Source: Sminthopsis crassicaudata
Lineage: Eukaryota
Assembly (NCBI RefSeq): GCF_048593235.1
Contig: NC_133620.1
Coordinates: 270,149,765 to 270,213,764 of the forward strand
DNA length: 64,000 bases
Reading direction: 5' to 3'
Shown here: in pieces, positions 63,423 through 64,000 of the stretch
Position numbering within the stretch: position 1 is the stretch's first letter
Layout of the letters: every line of letters starts with the position of its first letter
Notes under the pieces: model-generated
Database searches by the model: none
What the model was told of the DNA's origin: nothing
The model's input: only the letters and a program-made list of their open reading frames with translations
Program-made: the position numbers and the translations under genes

Positions 63423-64000
63423 CTAAAATTAAAATAAAAGTTATACTTATTACTCAGGAAAATAGTTACTAATTGAATTGAAATGAAAAAGAATACATAT
63501 TGTTTTCTAATAGAACAAATGATGACAACATATTCACCAAATTAAAAGAAACCACTGTCTATTTAAAAGTCAAGTGAAAAGAATTACCCTAAGGAAAAAA
63601 AAATTGATCTATTTTCAATCATTTTCAGTTACTAAAGTATTTCCCAAGACCAATGTTCAAAAACATTTTTTCCCAAAGGTAGGAATTAGAGCAATTAAGT
63701 AGCTTTAACAATTTATAAGACTTGTCTTCCACTAAAGTCCCTTTTAAGATTAAAATTCTAAAAAAGTTCTAAGAACAGGTCATTAAAAAAAATACCAAAA
63801 GTCTTCAGGTAATGCATTATCTCCATAACTAAACAGTTCAGGAAGATGAGGAAAAATTATTTTAAAAGTAATGGAAATATTTCTAAGATAATAATTTAGT
63901 AACAACTGAAGTAGGAAAATAAATGGGGAAAAAATATAAGAATATGTTAAACATAAAAGAAGCATTATAACAAATTGAATTCACAAATAATTCAACAAGT

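Noticed and set aside
63783-63965. Possible CD2AP exon 8
   Set aside because: Does not encode the expected SH3-3 N-terminal half (KEYCRTLF...EDEL-like); exon 8 must lie beyond the right edge.
1-64000. rRNA, functional tRNA, CRISPR arrays, operons, CpG-island promoter
   Set aside because: None seen; this is mammalian intronic and intergenic DNA, and the tRNA-like boxes belong to SINEs.

Overview
AT-rich, CpG-poor marsupial genomic DNA, most likely a dasyurid, inferred from WSINE1-type SINEs, marsupial L1 3' tails, Mar1/MIR and an OC1-type hAT MITE. The only clear protein-coding gene is the 3' half of CD2AP on the minus strand. It has ten GT-AG exons (63422 down to the stop at 27782), equivalent to human exons 9-18, which splice into a continuous 993-nt frame (330 aa + stop). 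This covers the end of SH3-3, the proline-rich region, the capping-protein-interaction motif and the coiled coil, followed by a ~2.8-kb 3'UTR. The rest is intron or intergenic DNA full of L1, L2, L3, SINEs, solo LTRs, a 7SL retrocopy and one 128-N gap. Main discovery: ~27 kb downstream of the CD2AP stop codon, on the same strand, lies an old diverged duplicate of CD2AP intron 15/exon 16/intron 16 (window ~90-12350, running off the left edge). Its exon-16 paralog (611-442) is ~74% identical in DNA and 27/56 identical in protein, yet keeps an open frame, both splice sites, the same phases (0/2) and the coiled-coil hydrophobic pattern. No paralog of exon 15 or earlier was found, so the duplicate may be an alternative or additional C-terminal module spliced from the parent gene, a separately promoted mini-gene, or a decaying copy. 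Exon numbering and human comparisons are from my recall of human CD2AP and need alignment to confirm.
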